64,000 nt of DNA, from IMG/VR virus record IMGVR_UViG_3300046170_000301. One strand, 5' to 3'. Both the position numbers and the translations under genes were made by a program. Source of the DNA: a virus. The notes below the pieces were generated by a model, which was not told the DNA's origin, did no database searches, and saw only the letters and a program-made list of their open reading frames with translations. Of this stretch, positions 22,253-30,640 are shown piece after piece. The stretch's first letter is position 1, and each line of letters begins with the position of its first letter.

Positions 22253-22310
22253 CCCTCGACTTTTTGAGCGATTTTTTGGCGGGAAATTTTTTCCCGATTT
22301 CGTGGTTTTG
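22253..22310. repeat. intergenic T-tract element, copy 1
   Basis: CCCTCGAC-T5-GAGCGA-T6-GGCGGG-AAA-T6-C...TGGTTTT; near-identical to 41261-41317. Confidence 0.75.
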
Positions 22311-22338
22311 AAAAACGAATTTGGAAAAACCAAATTCA

Positions 22339-22420
22339 TGCGAGAGAAGGGACTTGAACCCTTACGCCTTTCGGCATTGCTTTCTAAGAGCAACGTGGCT
22401 ACCAATTACACCACTCTCGC
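22339..22420 (-). tRNA. trnL: tRNA-Leu (anticodon UAG)
   Basis: GCGAGAG/CTCTCGC acceptor stem, TTGCT-CT TAG AA-AGCAA anticodon arm, long variable arm, GTTCAAGT T-loop. Confidence 0.92.
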
Positions 22421-22942
22421 TTATATCATTCGTTTAAACTCAAACCTACCGTATTTAGACCCCCATATCTGATGATGATGCTTTGCACACATACCTTTGT
22501 CAATAACAAAATAAAAATCTTTTGTTAATTCAACTTGAGTTTGAAGATAAGTTTCTCGCCCCCTCCAATTCACAAAACATTCACATCCTTGAGTGCCACC
22601 AACAAAAGAATCATTCACCTGCTTGAATACTGTATCACACCCATCTTTTATTGTCAAGTCTTTTCTGGTAAGCATTTCAAGATTTTTGCCATTACGATAG
22701 TTTTGTTTGTCTTTAATTTCGTAGTTTATAATTACGATTTCATCACCATTAAGTGTTGGTTCAAGAACAAACTGTCTATAAGGAAGACCTAACTGATAAT
22801 TATATGCTTGCTCACCATAAAATAATCCGTCACCAATATCGATATGTGTTATTCTAATATATGCATAACGACTTGGATGAGAAAATGCCTGTCGTTTATT
22901 TTCAAAAGAACCAACTAGATATTCTTTAAAAGTATCAATCAT
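22421..22942 (-). CDS. cpeT: CpeT/CpcT-family phycobiliprotein lyase
   Basis: GSFENKRQA, FYGEQAY...PYRQ, GCD, IDKG...QIWGSKYGRFEF. Confidence 0.9.
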   Translation of the reverse strand: MIDTFKEYLVGSFENKRQAFSHPSRYAYIRITHIDIGDGLFYGEQAYNYQLGLPYRQFVLEPTLNGDEIVIINYEIKDKQNYRNGKNLEMLTRKDLTIKDGCDTVFKQVNDSFVGGTQGCECFVNWRGRETYLQTQVELTKDFYFVIDKGMCAKHHHQIWGSKYGRFEFKRMI

Positions 22943-23207
22943 CTTTAGGTAATAAATCTGGATTTTCTAAATCAAGAGAAAACATTAATGGGTGCATCTC
23001 CTCACACACTAGATAATTAGTATACATATATATATCTTCATCATTATAATCTCTACCTTGTAAAGCTTCTGCTTGTATGGCAGGATGGTCTTGAACTATT
23101 TTTGGCAACTCATCAAATGTATATGGGATTCCTTGAATAAAATACATTCTCACTACTTCCCCATTATAAAAACAATATGATTGAGTGAGTTTGTATTTTC
23201 CCGACAT
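22935..23207 (-). CDS. conserved cyanophage hypothetical protein
   Basis: VRMYFIQGIPYTFDEL...EEMHPL; overlaps both neighbours. Confidence 0.75.
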   Translation of the reverse strand: MSGKYKLTQSYCFYNGEVVRMYFIQGIPYTFDELPKIVQDHPAIQAEALQGRDYNDEDIYMYTNYLVCEEMHPLMFSLDLENPDLLPKDD

Positions 23208-23860
23208 TATGTTTTTGCGTAAGAGAATAAAAAATTTTCTACATAATCTTTCGCAAAAGTTTTTCCAAATCTTTGCTGCATAAACCCAATAACTGGGTCT
23301 AGTTCATAAATATATGTATCAAAGTTTACAAAATTATCTACTTCATCATCTATTGGTTTGTAAGTATTCAATAACTCAGAATAAGTTTTTACATACTTTT
23401 CAAAATCAAGTAAATAATCATCAACTTGAGACATCTCACATTTTTTAACAAAAATATATCTAGAGAAATGATTTCCTGGTTGAAAAAATCTAATTTTTTT
23501 TGTTATTCCATTGTATTCAGATAAGTTTTTTCTGATGATTGGATCATCATAATCATAGTTATCTGCAGGATGTTGAAAATCAAAAACAATGATGACTTTC
23601 TTCTCAAAGAACGCCATCAAATCAATACCTAAACAAGGTAGGTTTTTTCCAGTTTTTGGATAAATTATATTGTTGTAGATATATTCCGTTTCTCCAGATT
23701 CAACATATGTTTCTCTAGATTTTAATACATACTCACCAGTATAAAGTTTAGATTCTAAACGATTGTTCTTCTCTTGGTGGTCTGTTGAATAAACCAATTT
23801 CAAGTCAAGATTTTCGTGCAGACATTTTCTATAGTTATTCCATAGCATTGGTTTATACAT
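23207..23860 (-). CDS. pebS: phycoerythrobilin synthase (ferredoxin-dependent bilin reductase)
   Basis: IYPKTGKNLPCLGIDLM..KKVIIVFDFQHP, RFF..GNHFS, FDTY..ELDPV and FLFSY closely match the P-SSM2 PebS sequence as I recall it. Confidence 0.88.
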   Translation of the reverse strand: MYKPMLWNNYRKCLHENLDLKLVYSTDHQEKNNRLESKLYTGEYVLKSRETYVESGETEYIYNNIIYPKTGKNLPCLGIDLMAFFEKKVIIVFDFQHPADNYDYDDPIIRKNLSEYNGITKKIRFFQPGNHFSRYIFVKKCEMSQVDDYLLDFEKYVKTYSELLNTYKPIDDEVDNFVNFDTYIYELDPVIGFMQQRFGKTFAKDYVENFLFSYAKT

Positions 23861-23883
23861 TCAACAATATTATTTATTGTTAA

Positions 23884-23957
23884 TACCCGAGGTGGGATTC
23901 GAACCCACGACTGCTCGATTTTAAGTCGAGAACCTCATTCCGCTGGGTCACTCGGGC
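23884..23957 (-). tRNA. trnL: tRNA-Leu (anticodon UAA), short variable loop
   Basis: GCCCGAG/CTCGGGT-A acceptor, CTCGA-CT TAA AA-TCGAG anticodon arm, GTGGG-TTCGAAT-CCCAC T arm. Confidence 0.88.
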
Positions 23958-23965
23958 TTGTTAGG

Positions 23966-24038
23966 TGCAAGTTGAGGGAATTGAACCCACCTTAGGCGCT
24001 TTATGGGAACGCTGTATTTGACAGATTGCTAGACGAGC
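23966..24038 (-). pseudogene. degenerate tRNA with CAU anticodon (Met/Ile2)
   Basis: GCGTT-CC CAT AA-AGCGC arm and GGTTCAATTCC T-loop, but three acceptor-stem mismatches and C at position 33. Confidence 0.65.
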
Positions 24039-24097
24039 AAATTATCATATTCCCAATGACAATTAGGACATAAAGGCATTAAATTTGTTTCTGCATT
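24029..24097 (-). pseudogene. HNH endonuclease C-terminal remnant
   Basis: NAETNLMPLCPNCHWEYDNLLV*, with an in-frame stop immediately upstream. Confidence 0.7.
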
Positions 24098-24116
24098 AAG
24101 TTAGTTCAAAACACAA

Positions 24117-24207
24117 TAGGGACACTCGGATTCGAACCGAGACCTCGCACTAATCTGGTGCTAATACGGATTATAAGACCGCTGTTCTGCCGTTGAACTA
24201 TGCCCCC
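24117..24207 (-). tRNA. trnI: tRNA-Ile (anticodon UAU) with a 24-nt extra arm
   Basis: GGGGGCA/TGTCCCT-A acceptor, GTTC/GAAC D stem, CT TAT AA loop, CTCGG-TTCGAAT-CCGAG T arm. Confidence 0.8.
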
Positions 24208-24227
24208 TTGAATATGAATCTACAGTA

Positions 24228-24359
24228 TCATATTCGACCTGTTGATGTCAAGCGATTCTTAAGTGCTTGCCTGCGACGCCGGGAGTCTCTCAACGCTTGA
24301 GGCTTGAGACGACGCTTCTGTTCTTTTTTAGAGTGGTGTTGCCAGTTAGGAACAGTCAT
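24228..24359 (-). CDS. small basic protein (43 aa)
   Basis: MTVPNWQHHSKKEQKRRLKPQALRDSRRRRQALKNRLTSTGRI*; GGGAG RBS; resembles a common cyanophage microprotein. Confidence 0.65.
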   Translation of the reverse strand: MTVPNWQHHSKKEQKRRLKPQALRDSRRRRQALKNRLTSTGRI

Positions 24360-24380
24360 CGGTCTCCCGTGTTCATTACC

Positions 24381-24414
24381 TATTTAGTATAGCACCCAAG
24401 CCCAGGGCGGTCAA
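24381..24414 (-). promoter_or_regulatory. sigma70-like promoter with an overlapping late-like TAAATA
   Basis: TTGACC-N17-TATACT-AAATA. Confidence 0.75.
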
Positions 24415-24418
24415 CCCC

Positions 24419-25534
24419 TCAGTTCAGGTAGATTCCAGTTGGTCCTTTGATGTTAACTTTTGTGCGAGATTCAATGTTGGTTTCTCCTGTTGATTTTATA
24501 TCAATTGTTCTTCCTTCAAGTTCCAAGATTCTCATATCAACTAATAAACCACCAGCTCTAGATTCCAGTTGAACATCGTTATTAGTTTCGATTTTTAATG
24601 ATGTATCTTCACTTGTTCCAACAGACACTAAGAAAGTTTCTTTCTGTTTCGTTTCAGTAACTGTTTGTCTTCCAGTAACTTCAATCTTTTTCTTTCCTTG
24701 TATCTTCTCATCAGCATTTCCTAATGCAGTTACAAAGTAATGTTTCTTAGCACTCATTGCATAACTTCCTTGAGTGTTAATAGCAATGTCACCAGAGACA
24801 CCAAGTTCATAGTTTCCATTAACAATATGTCTATAAGAACCAGGAGTTGTGATTTCTGTCAATGCTCCTTTTTTATTTTGTTCTACTTTAAACTCAGCAG
24901 AACCTTCATTATATTCTCCACCTTTAATTTTTTTATTGAAATTTAATGCTTCGACATTTAAATTACCTGTAAATATATTTGTTCTTCCACCTGCTTGTAT
25001 AATAACATTGTCTTCAGACTTTAGCATCAATGTATTCAAAGCATTTAATGAGATGTTGTCTCCTTTAAGACCAACATCACCACCAATAGCTTCAATAGCA
25101 ACATCACCATAAACTGTAATAGAATATGGTGCTACCTTTTGAGTTTCTGTATTGCCATTTGCACCAGCAACTTCTGTTGTATCTTCATCATTGCCTGTAA
25201 TTTCTACAGACATTGATTTATATTTTTGCATCGTGTCTTCGGCAACAACCAATGCTTTGCCACCACAACCACCGAGAGGTTTACCTGTGGCTTGAATCAT
25301 GTTTCCATTAGAATCCATATGGAATGATGATTGACCATTCGTTAATACAAATCCAGATGACCCATCTTCATTTTCATAGGTCATCATTGTCCAGTTCTTT
25401 TCTTTAAAGATGACTGTGCATTTCTGTGGACCAGCACCATTTTCTGGTGGTGTTCCTCCTTGTGGTGTTGAAGCAGGTGAACCTGTCTTGTTTGTTGATG
25501 CGGGGCGTGATTTATTTACAGACATTATGGACAA
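24419..25534 (-). CDS. gp5 C-terminal (beta-helix spike-like) baseplate hub protein
   Basis: VxGD/NxxIxV-type repeats, ends in IYLN, directly follows the gp5 N-terminal gene. Confidence 0.65.
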   Translation of the reverse strand: MSIMSVNKSRPASTNKTGSPASTPQGGTPPENGAGPQKCTVIFKEKNWTMMTYENEDGSSGFVLTNGQSSFHMDSNGNMIQATGKPLGGCGGKALVVAEDTMQKYKSMSVEITGNDEDTTEVAGANGNTETQKVAPYSITVYGDVAIEAIGGDVGLKGDNISLNALNTLMLKSEDNVIIQAGGRTNIFTGNLNVEALNFNKKIKGGEYNEGSAEFKVEQNKKGALTEITTPGSYRHIVNGNYELGVSGDIAINTQGSYAMSAKKHYFVTALGNADEKIQGKKKIEVTGRQTVTETKQKETFLVSVGTSEDTSLKIETNNDVQLESRAGGLLVDMRILELEGRTIDIKSTGETNIESRTKVNIKGPTGIYLN

Positions 25535-28500
25535 TCAATATATTTACCTGTTCCAATCTTGGCATATCCTCTACGCTCAAGTTCATCTGGGTCAAGACAA
25601 CTCAAACTAGGTAAGAATCTTGCACCATATCCTCCACCACCTACAATTTTTATAGATGGTAGAGTTTCGTAATTAATAGTTCTATCAAGAACTTCTATAC
25701 TTTTTATAAATCCATCCTCAACTATTGCTCTAGCAACATTTGGATTTCCATTAACATATACTTTAGGTTCTGATGTATATCCAGACCCAGGTTTAATTAA
25801 TGTAAATGAATCTATAATACAATTTAGGTCATCAGGAGTATTCTTTCTGTAATTCATTCCTTGTCTTACGATACGAACTTCGGATACAAATCCATCGTTA
25901 TCTAATAAAGGAATAGCAGCAGCACCATAACCTTTACCAGTAATAATAATCTTTGGTGGAACTATATAAGGACATCCCTTATCATCTACTTCTATATTAA
26001 TAAGTCTGCCATACTTATCAGTAAGTTCTTTTGCTGTTGGTTTGCTCAAACATGGTTTTGTTGGTTCTGGTTTTAGTTCATTCTTTTCATCTTCTTTATC
26101 AAGAATAGTAACATCAGTTGACACTCCAGTATTATCAATAGTAAATGTAACTCTTTCTGATATTTCTACTTCAGTATCTTCTTCAATGCCTACGATAACA
26201 GTTGCTTTATTGTCAATAATAACAAACGACCCAGTTAAAGTTTTCAATGTGAAATCTTCTGCAGTAATACCTGTTCCAAATAAACTATAAGTTAACTTAG
26301 TATTGTCTGGAACATTAGTAGTAGTTACTGAGTAAGTAATTGCTTCTCCTTCATAGTATGAAAACTTATCAGAAGTTACATTGTATGTTGTTGTTAGGTC
26401 TTTATCTTCTGTGTCTGTAATATCAGGAATAGTAGAGTCTCCATTAATAATAACATCAACAGAAGCAGTTGTATTATCAATAGAGAATGTAAGAATCTCG
26501 GATGATTCTACTACACTATCAGAAACTATTTCAACTTCGACAGTTGCTGTATCAGATGTGATAGTAGCAGAACCAGTCAAACTACCACCAACAATATCAT
26601 CTGATGTAATATTAACTCCAGACAATGTATAATCTAAAACTGTATTGTCTGCAACATTAGTTGTTGTAATAGTATAAGTTATTTTATCTCCCTCATCTAC
26701 AGATGTTTTGTCTGCTGTTACTGCATAAGTTGGAGTAGTTGATGTCTCTCCAGTGATAGTTACTGTTGCAAATGCATTTGTATTATCAATAGAAAAAGTT
26801 AAGTTTTCTGGGTCGTCATCTGCCCCAGTAATATCATCGTTACTTGCAATTTGAATTGTAACTTGAGCAGTATTATTATTAATTACAAACGTCCCTGTTA
26901 ATGTAGAGGAAACAATATCACTGGCATCAATGTCACCAGATAATGTATAACTTAATACTTCACCATCATTAACATTGGTTGTGGTGATAGTATATAAAAC
27001 AGAATCTCCTTCATCTACTTGAATTTTATCTGGAACTACTGAGTAAGTTTGATATTGTGCCGTAGGACTTGTGACTACAGAACTACCACTAACTGGAGTT
27101 GGTGTTGATGATGGTGGTGGGGGATTGGTTGCAAAAGAAGCATCAGTTATTTTACATGCAAAATCATTTCCACTATTAAAATATACATAGTATCCAGCAG
27201 GAGTTATCTCCTCATCAATAGAAAAATAGAAGTCTTCTTCGCCTTCTGTTACTGTATCTGTATACGTATCAAATGTAACAGTTTTTGATGTTTCTGATGG
27301 TGCAAATGCAAGACTACCTAAAGGTGTTACTGCATCATAATCCTGACCAGCAGTAGCACTACCATCACTACTTGCAATCGTTAAACTTGATGCCACATTT
27401 GTAGCACCGCTTCTCGTTATAGTAAAGATTGCTTGACCACCTTCAACTACTGTAACATCAGAACAGTCGTAATTGATACTACCGTATGTTGTAGTTGATT
27501 GATTACTTCCAGAAGATACTGGAGAGTTTGTTGTCTGTCCAGTGCTTCTAGAACCAGGAGCATCTGGTGGTAAAGGTATACCACCAATAAAAATAATATT
27601 TGTTGGTTCTGGTTCTGGATAGTTCCTTGCTTCATCACAAACACTATTATTAAAATCTAAATCTCCATCTTCCACCGCTGCAATCAATTTATCAAGGAAA
27701 TCATCTTCTTCAGCATCAACTCCACAGTCTGTGCATTTAACTTGTATCTTTTCACACTGAGATTCTGGTCCGCTACATGAGATTCCTAATAGATTCATCA
27801 CCTTATTAAGAATACCACCAATAATATTCAATGGTTCGGCAAGGTTTGATAAGATTGCTTGAAGACCACCGAGAATCTTGTTAATAATCTCGTCAACAAA
27901 TCCAAAAATCTCACTCAAGATTCCATTAATTAGTTCATCAATCAAACAACTCGCAGCATTATATGCATCCTCAAGATAACCCAGAAGAATATCAGTTAAC
28001 CATTGAGCAAGTTTTTCTGTTAGGTCAACTATACTGCACCCAATTTCATTTAATGCATCCTCTAGAAAATTTTGGATTCCTTTAATCCTAGACTCTTTCT
28101 TTTTAATTGTTGGGTGTCCACGTTCACCATTGATTTGTTCTTGTAACTTGGTGTATTCAATATCCGCTGCTTCAATAGCATCAGCATCTCCAGATGCTAT
28201 TGCTTCTTCTCTAGCAATATCTGCTGCTTCAATAGCATCTAGTTGTGCTCCAGTTAATGGTCTATCAATATCATCAGGAACAATTTGAGTTTCTGTTTTA
28301 TATAAAGTAACGTCAACAAGTTCTGTTACCCCATTCCTAAGTTCTGTAATAATTTCTCCCTTAACTCTAGCAACAGAACTTTTAACAAGTCTCACAGCTC
28401 TATTAATATGATACCTACCATTACTTACTTGTTCATTAACTAATCCATTAACTTTACTTACATAATAATCTCCAAGCTGTCCGCTACTATTTTGATTAGC

Positions 28501-29199
28501 AGCGAGCATCTCACTCACAATTTTTTGCAGTCCAGTCTTTAGATTTTTTTCTGCTCCGCAATTTGGATTCGCTATAACAACACAAAATTTACCACCAGCA
28601 GGATTGTTTTCATTATTATTCTCAAATACTCCTTGTATTGTTGGAGGTAAACCACCTTCCTCTCCAGACCTAGACGCTGCTATTGGTTCTGCTCCAGTTA
28701 TCCTTGAACCTTCTTCGTATCCAACTTCATTATCAGCAGAAGCAGTTCCAGATTGCTCCGATGCTGGTAAATCTGTTGGTGGATTTAATTCTGGAGGAAT
28801 GAATGTCGTGAAAGATTTACATTTGCCACCAGGATTTGGTTCTTCATTAGTAATCTTAGTTGAACCAGGAACATGACCAATAGAACCAATGACAACTGGT
28901 TTCTGTTTAGAGTTATCAAGATAAAATCCAATAACCCAGTTACCAACATTAAGATTTGATGATGCTCCAGTAACACCACCATCACTATAAGGTGTAGTAA
29001 CTGGCATCATTACAGATGCCCATGGAAGTTCTTCAGTTGGAACAGCATCACACTCTTTCAAATGCTGTCCAACAATTCTTACTCTTACTCTTGCTCCTTT
29101 CTTTGGGTCATCAGTATCTTCTACTTGTCCAACCCACCAACTGAAACCATCAGAACCGATTTGATGGACAGGAAATAAAGATGATAATACTGGATCCAT
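25525..29199 (-). CDS. gp5: baseplate hub subunit gp5 (OB-fold N-terminus) with Calx-beta/Ig-like repeats
   Basis: WWVGQVEDTDDP..GARVRVRIVGQH...LPWA..MP...GNWVIGFYLD...PVVIGS; a Calx-beta (DGSATAGQDY) plus three V.EGD.I.YTITTTNV repeats. Confidence 0.85.
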   Translation of the reverse strand: MDPVLSSLFPVHQIGSDGFSWWVGQVEDTDDPKKGARVRVRIVGQHLKECDAVPTEELPWASVMMPVTTPYSDGGVTGASSNLNVGNWVIGFYLDNSKQKPVVIGSIGHVPGSTKITNEEPNPGGKCKSFTTFIPPELNPPTDLPASEQSGTASADNEVGYEEGSRITGAEPIAASRSGEEGGLPPTIQGVFENNNENNPAGGKFCVVIANPNCGAEKNLKTGLQKIVSEMLAANQNSSGQLGDYYVSKVNGLVNEQVSNGRYHINRAVRLVKSSVARVKGEIITELRNGVTELVDVTLYKTETQIVPDDIDRPLTGAQLDAIEAADIAREEAIASGDADAIEAADIEYTKLQEQINGERGHPTIKKKESRIKGIQNFLEDALNEIGCSIVDLTEKLAQWLTDILLGYLEDAYNAASCLIDELINGILSEIFGFVDEIINKILGGLQAILSNLAEPLNIIGGILNKVMNLLGISCSGPESQCEKIQVKCTDCGVDAEEDDFLDKLIAAVEDGDLDFNNSVCDEARNYPEPEPTNIIFIGGIPLPPDAPGSRSTGQTTNSPVSSGSNQSTTTYGSINYDCSDVTVVEGGQAIFTITRSGATNVASSLTIASSDGSATAGQDYDAVTPLGSLAFAPSETSKTVTFDTYTDTVTEGEEDFYFSIDEEITPAGYYVYFNSGNDFACKITDASFATNPPPPSSTPTPVSGSSVVTSPTAQYQTYSVVPDKIQVDEGDSVLYTITTTNVNDGEVLSYTLSGDIDASDIVSSTLTGTFVINNNTAQVTIQIASNDDITGADDDPENLTFSIDNTNAFATVTITGETSTTPTYAVTADKTSVDEGDKITYTITTTNVADNTVLDYTLSGVNITSDDIVGGSLTGSATITSDTATVEVEIVSDSVVESSEILTFSIDNTTASVDVIINGDSTIPDITDTEDKDLTTTYNVTSDKFSYYEGEAITYSVTTTNVPDNTKLTYSLFGTGITAEDFTLKTLTGSFVIIDNKATVIVGIEEDTEVEISERVTFTIDNTGVSTDVTILDKEDEKNELKPEPTKPCLSKPTAKELTDKYGRLINIEVDDKGCPYIVPPKIIITGKGYGAAAIPLLDNDGFVSEVRIVRQGMNYRKNTPDDLNCIIDSFTLIKPGSGYTSEPKVYVNGNPNVARAIVEDGFIKSIEVLDRTINYETLPSIKIVGGGGYGARFLPSLSCLDPDELERRGYAKIGTGKYIDCP

Positions 29200-29221
29200 A
29201 TCAACTCAGTTTATTTTTTAT

Positions 29222-30640
29222 TTATTCTACCTTAGAAGCATTTCCTCTTCTACCATAGGAATCTCTAATCAATGTCAAAAATGTATTTGATTTCTTATCT
29301 TTAGCAGCGAAGGCATGATTAATCTCAGCAATTAAATACACACCACTATGCTCCTCATCATATGGTTTATCTGTTCTATATGATGTTGGGATTTGATTGG
29401 GGATTTCAATCTCAATCTTATCTCCAACTTTAAGAGCAGGATTACCAGACACAGTAATCTTTACTCTTTGGTTCTCAAGAGTATTTGCTCTAGATATTGA
29501 CTGAGATATATAATATTTTTGAAAATCTGGATAGCTCGTTGTAGTTCCAGTCGCTCCATGTTTTTCCTCAGGTGATGCTATAGTTGCTTGATTGAACCAA
29601 GATTCATGGTCTAATAAAGAACTCATTATCCTTGTAGGATATTGTGATAACTCTTTCTGACCAAAGGGAAGTCCTGTTTGTGTGCCAAGATGACCCATCT
29701 TATCATAGTTTTCTGCTAATGAATATACTTGCTCTTCATAATCTCCAGTACTGAAATCATAGAAACAAATAAGAGATGAGTATGCTCCCATTCTTAGTTT
29801 ATCCATGATGTTAATTTCATTAGTAAAATCTATGTCCATAATTTTTCTTGTAGGTGGCCCACCTACATCGTTATTTTCTTGAACATATCTTGCCACTGGT
29901 TCTGTGCCACCAAATGTCCCAACAGAACATAAGGTATCGATAGATTTGAAATGATAACCTTCACTGTTTTCATAGAAAAAATACCCAGCACTTCCTTTGC
30001 CCTTAGTATAATCTGCTTTATCTGTTTTGCCTGTAGCAGATGCTACATCAACTGAAGGTAAGATACCTGGAGAAGATTTCTTAGCAGTGTTTGTAGAGTT
30101 AGTTCCAGAAAGAACAGTTTTATCTTTAAAAGTATTGATGGTGGCAAATGGACTTTTCTTTCCTGGATTCATTACAATATTATACAAAGAAGGGTCTGTA
30201 AATATTTCCTTATTTGTTTTTAAATTTTGTTGTAGTAACTCCTTAACTATCTCTTCTGGTTTGCCTCTTAATGTTTTAGATATTCTCACACCTTCATTTA
30301 ACAATGCTTCTAAAGATATTAATGATAAAGTATATCGTTGGAATCTATCCGAAGCAAATCTATTTGATATATTATACACATACAATGTATAGTTATAGAT
30401 TTCATCTAAAGCATCTTCAAGTTCAATCTCAACCTTTTCAAATCCTTGTATAGGTAGAGAAGCAATCAAGTTCTTCCCACTATCAACTACATTTAAGTTA
30501 GCAGATACTGCTGGATAGTTAATGCTTTCAAAGTAATCAAATCTTGTAATCAAATCAGTAATATCATATGATTTATCTGACCCAACTTTATAAATGATTG
30601 CTGATTTTAAATTAAAATCTGTAGAGTATTCTTTTGCCAT
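29222..30640 (-). CDS. baseplate hub protein (gp27-like)
   Basis: YFFYENSEGYHFKSID and GNPALKVGDKIEI...SGVYLIAEINH; position upstream of gp5. Confidence 0.7.
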   Translation of the reverse strand: MAKEYSTDFNLKSAIIYKVGSDKSYDITDLITRFDYFESINYPAVSANLNVVDSGKNLIASLPIQGFEKVEIELEDALDEIYNYTLYVYNISNRFASDRFQRYTLSLISLEALLNEGVRISKTLRGKPEEIVKELLQQNLKTNKEIFTDPSLYNIVMNPGKKSPFATINTFKDKTVLSGTNSTNTAKKSSPGILPSVDVASATGKTDKADYTKGKGSAGYFFYENSEGYHFKSIDTLCSVGTFGGTEPVARYVQENNDVGGPPTRKIMDIDFTNEINIMDKLRMGAYSSLICFYDFSTGDYEEQVYSLAENYDKMGHLGTQTGLPFGQKELSQYPTRIMSSLLDHESWFNQATIASPEEKHGATGTTTSYPDFQKYYISQSISRANTLENQRVKITVSGNPALKVGDKIEIEIPNQIPTSYRTDKPYDEEHSGVYLIAEINHAFAAKDKKSNTFLTLIRDSYGRRGNASKVE

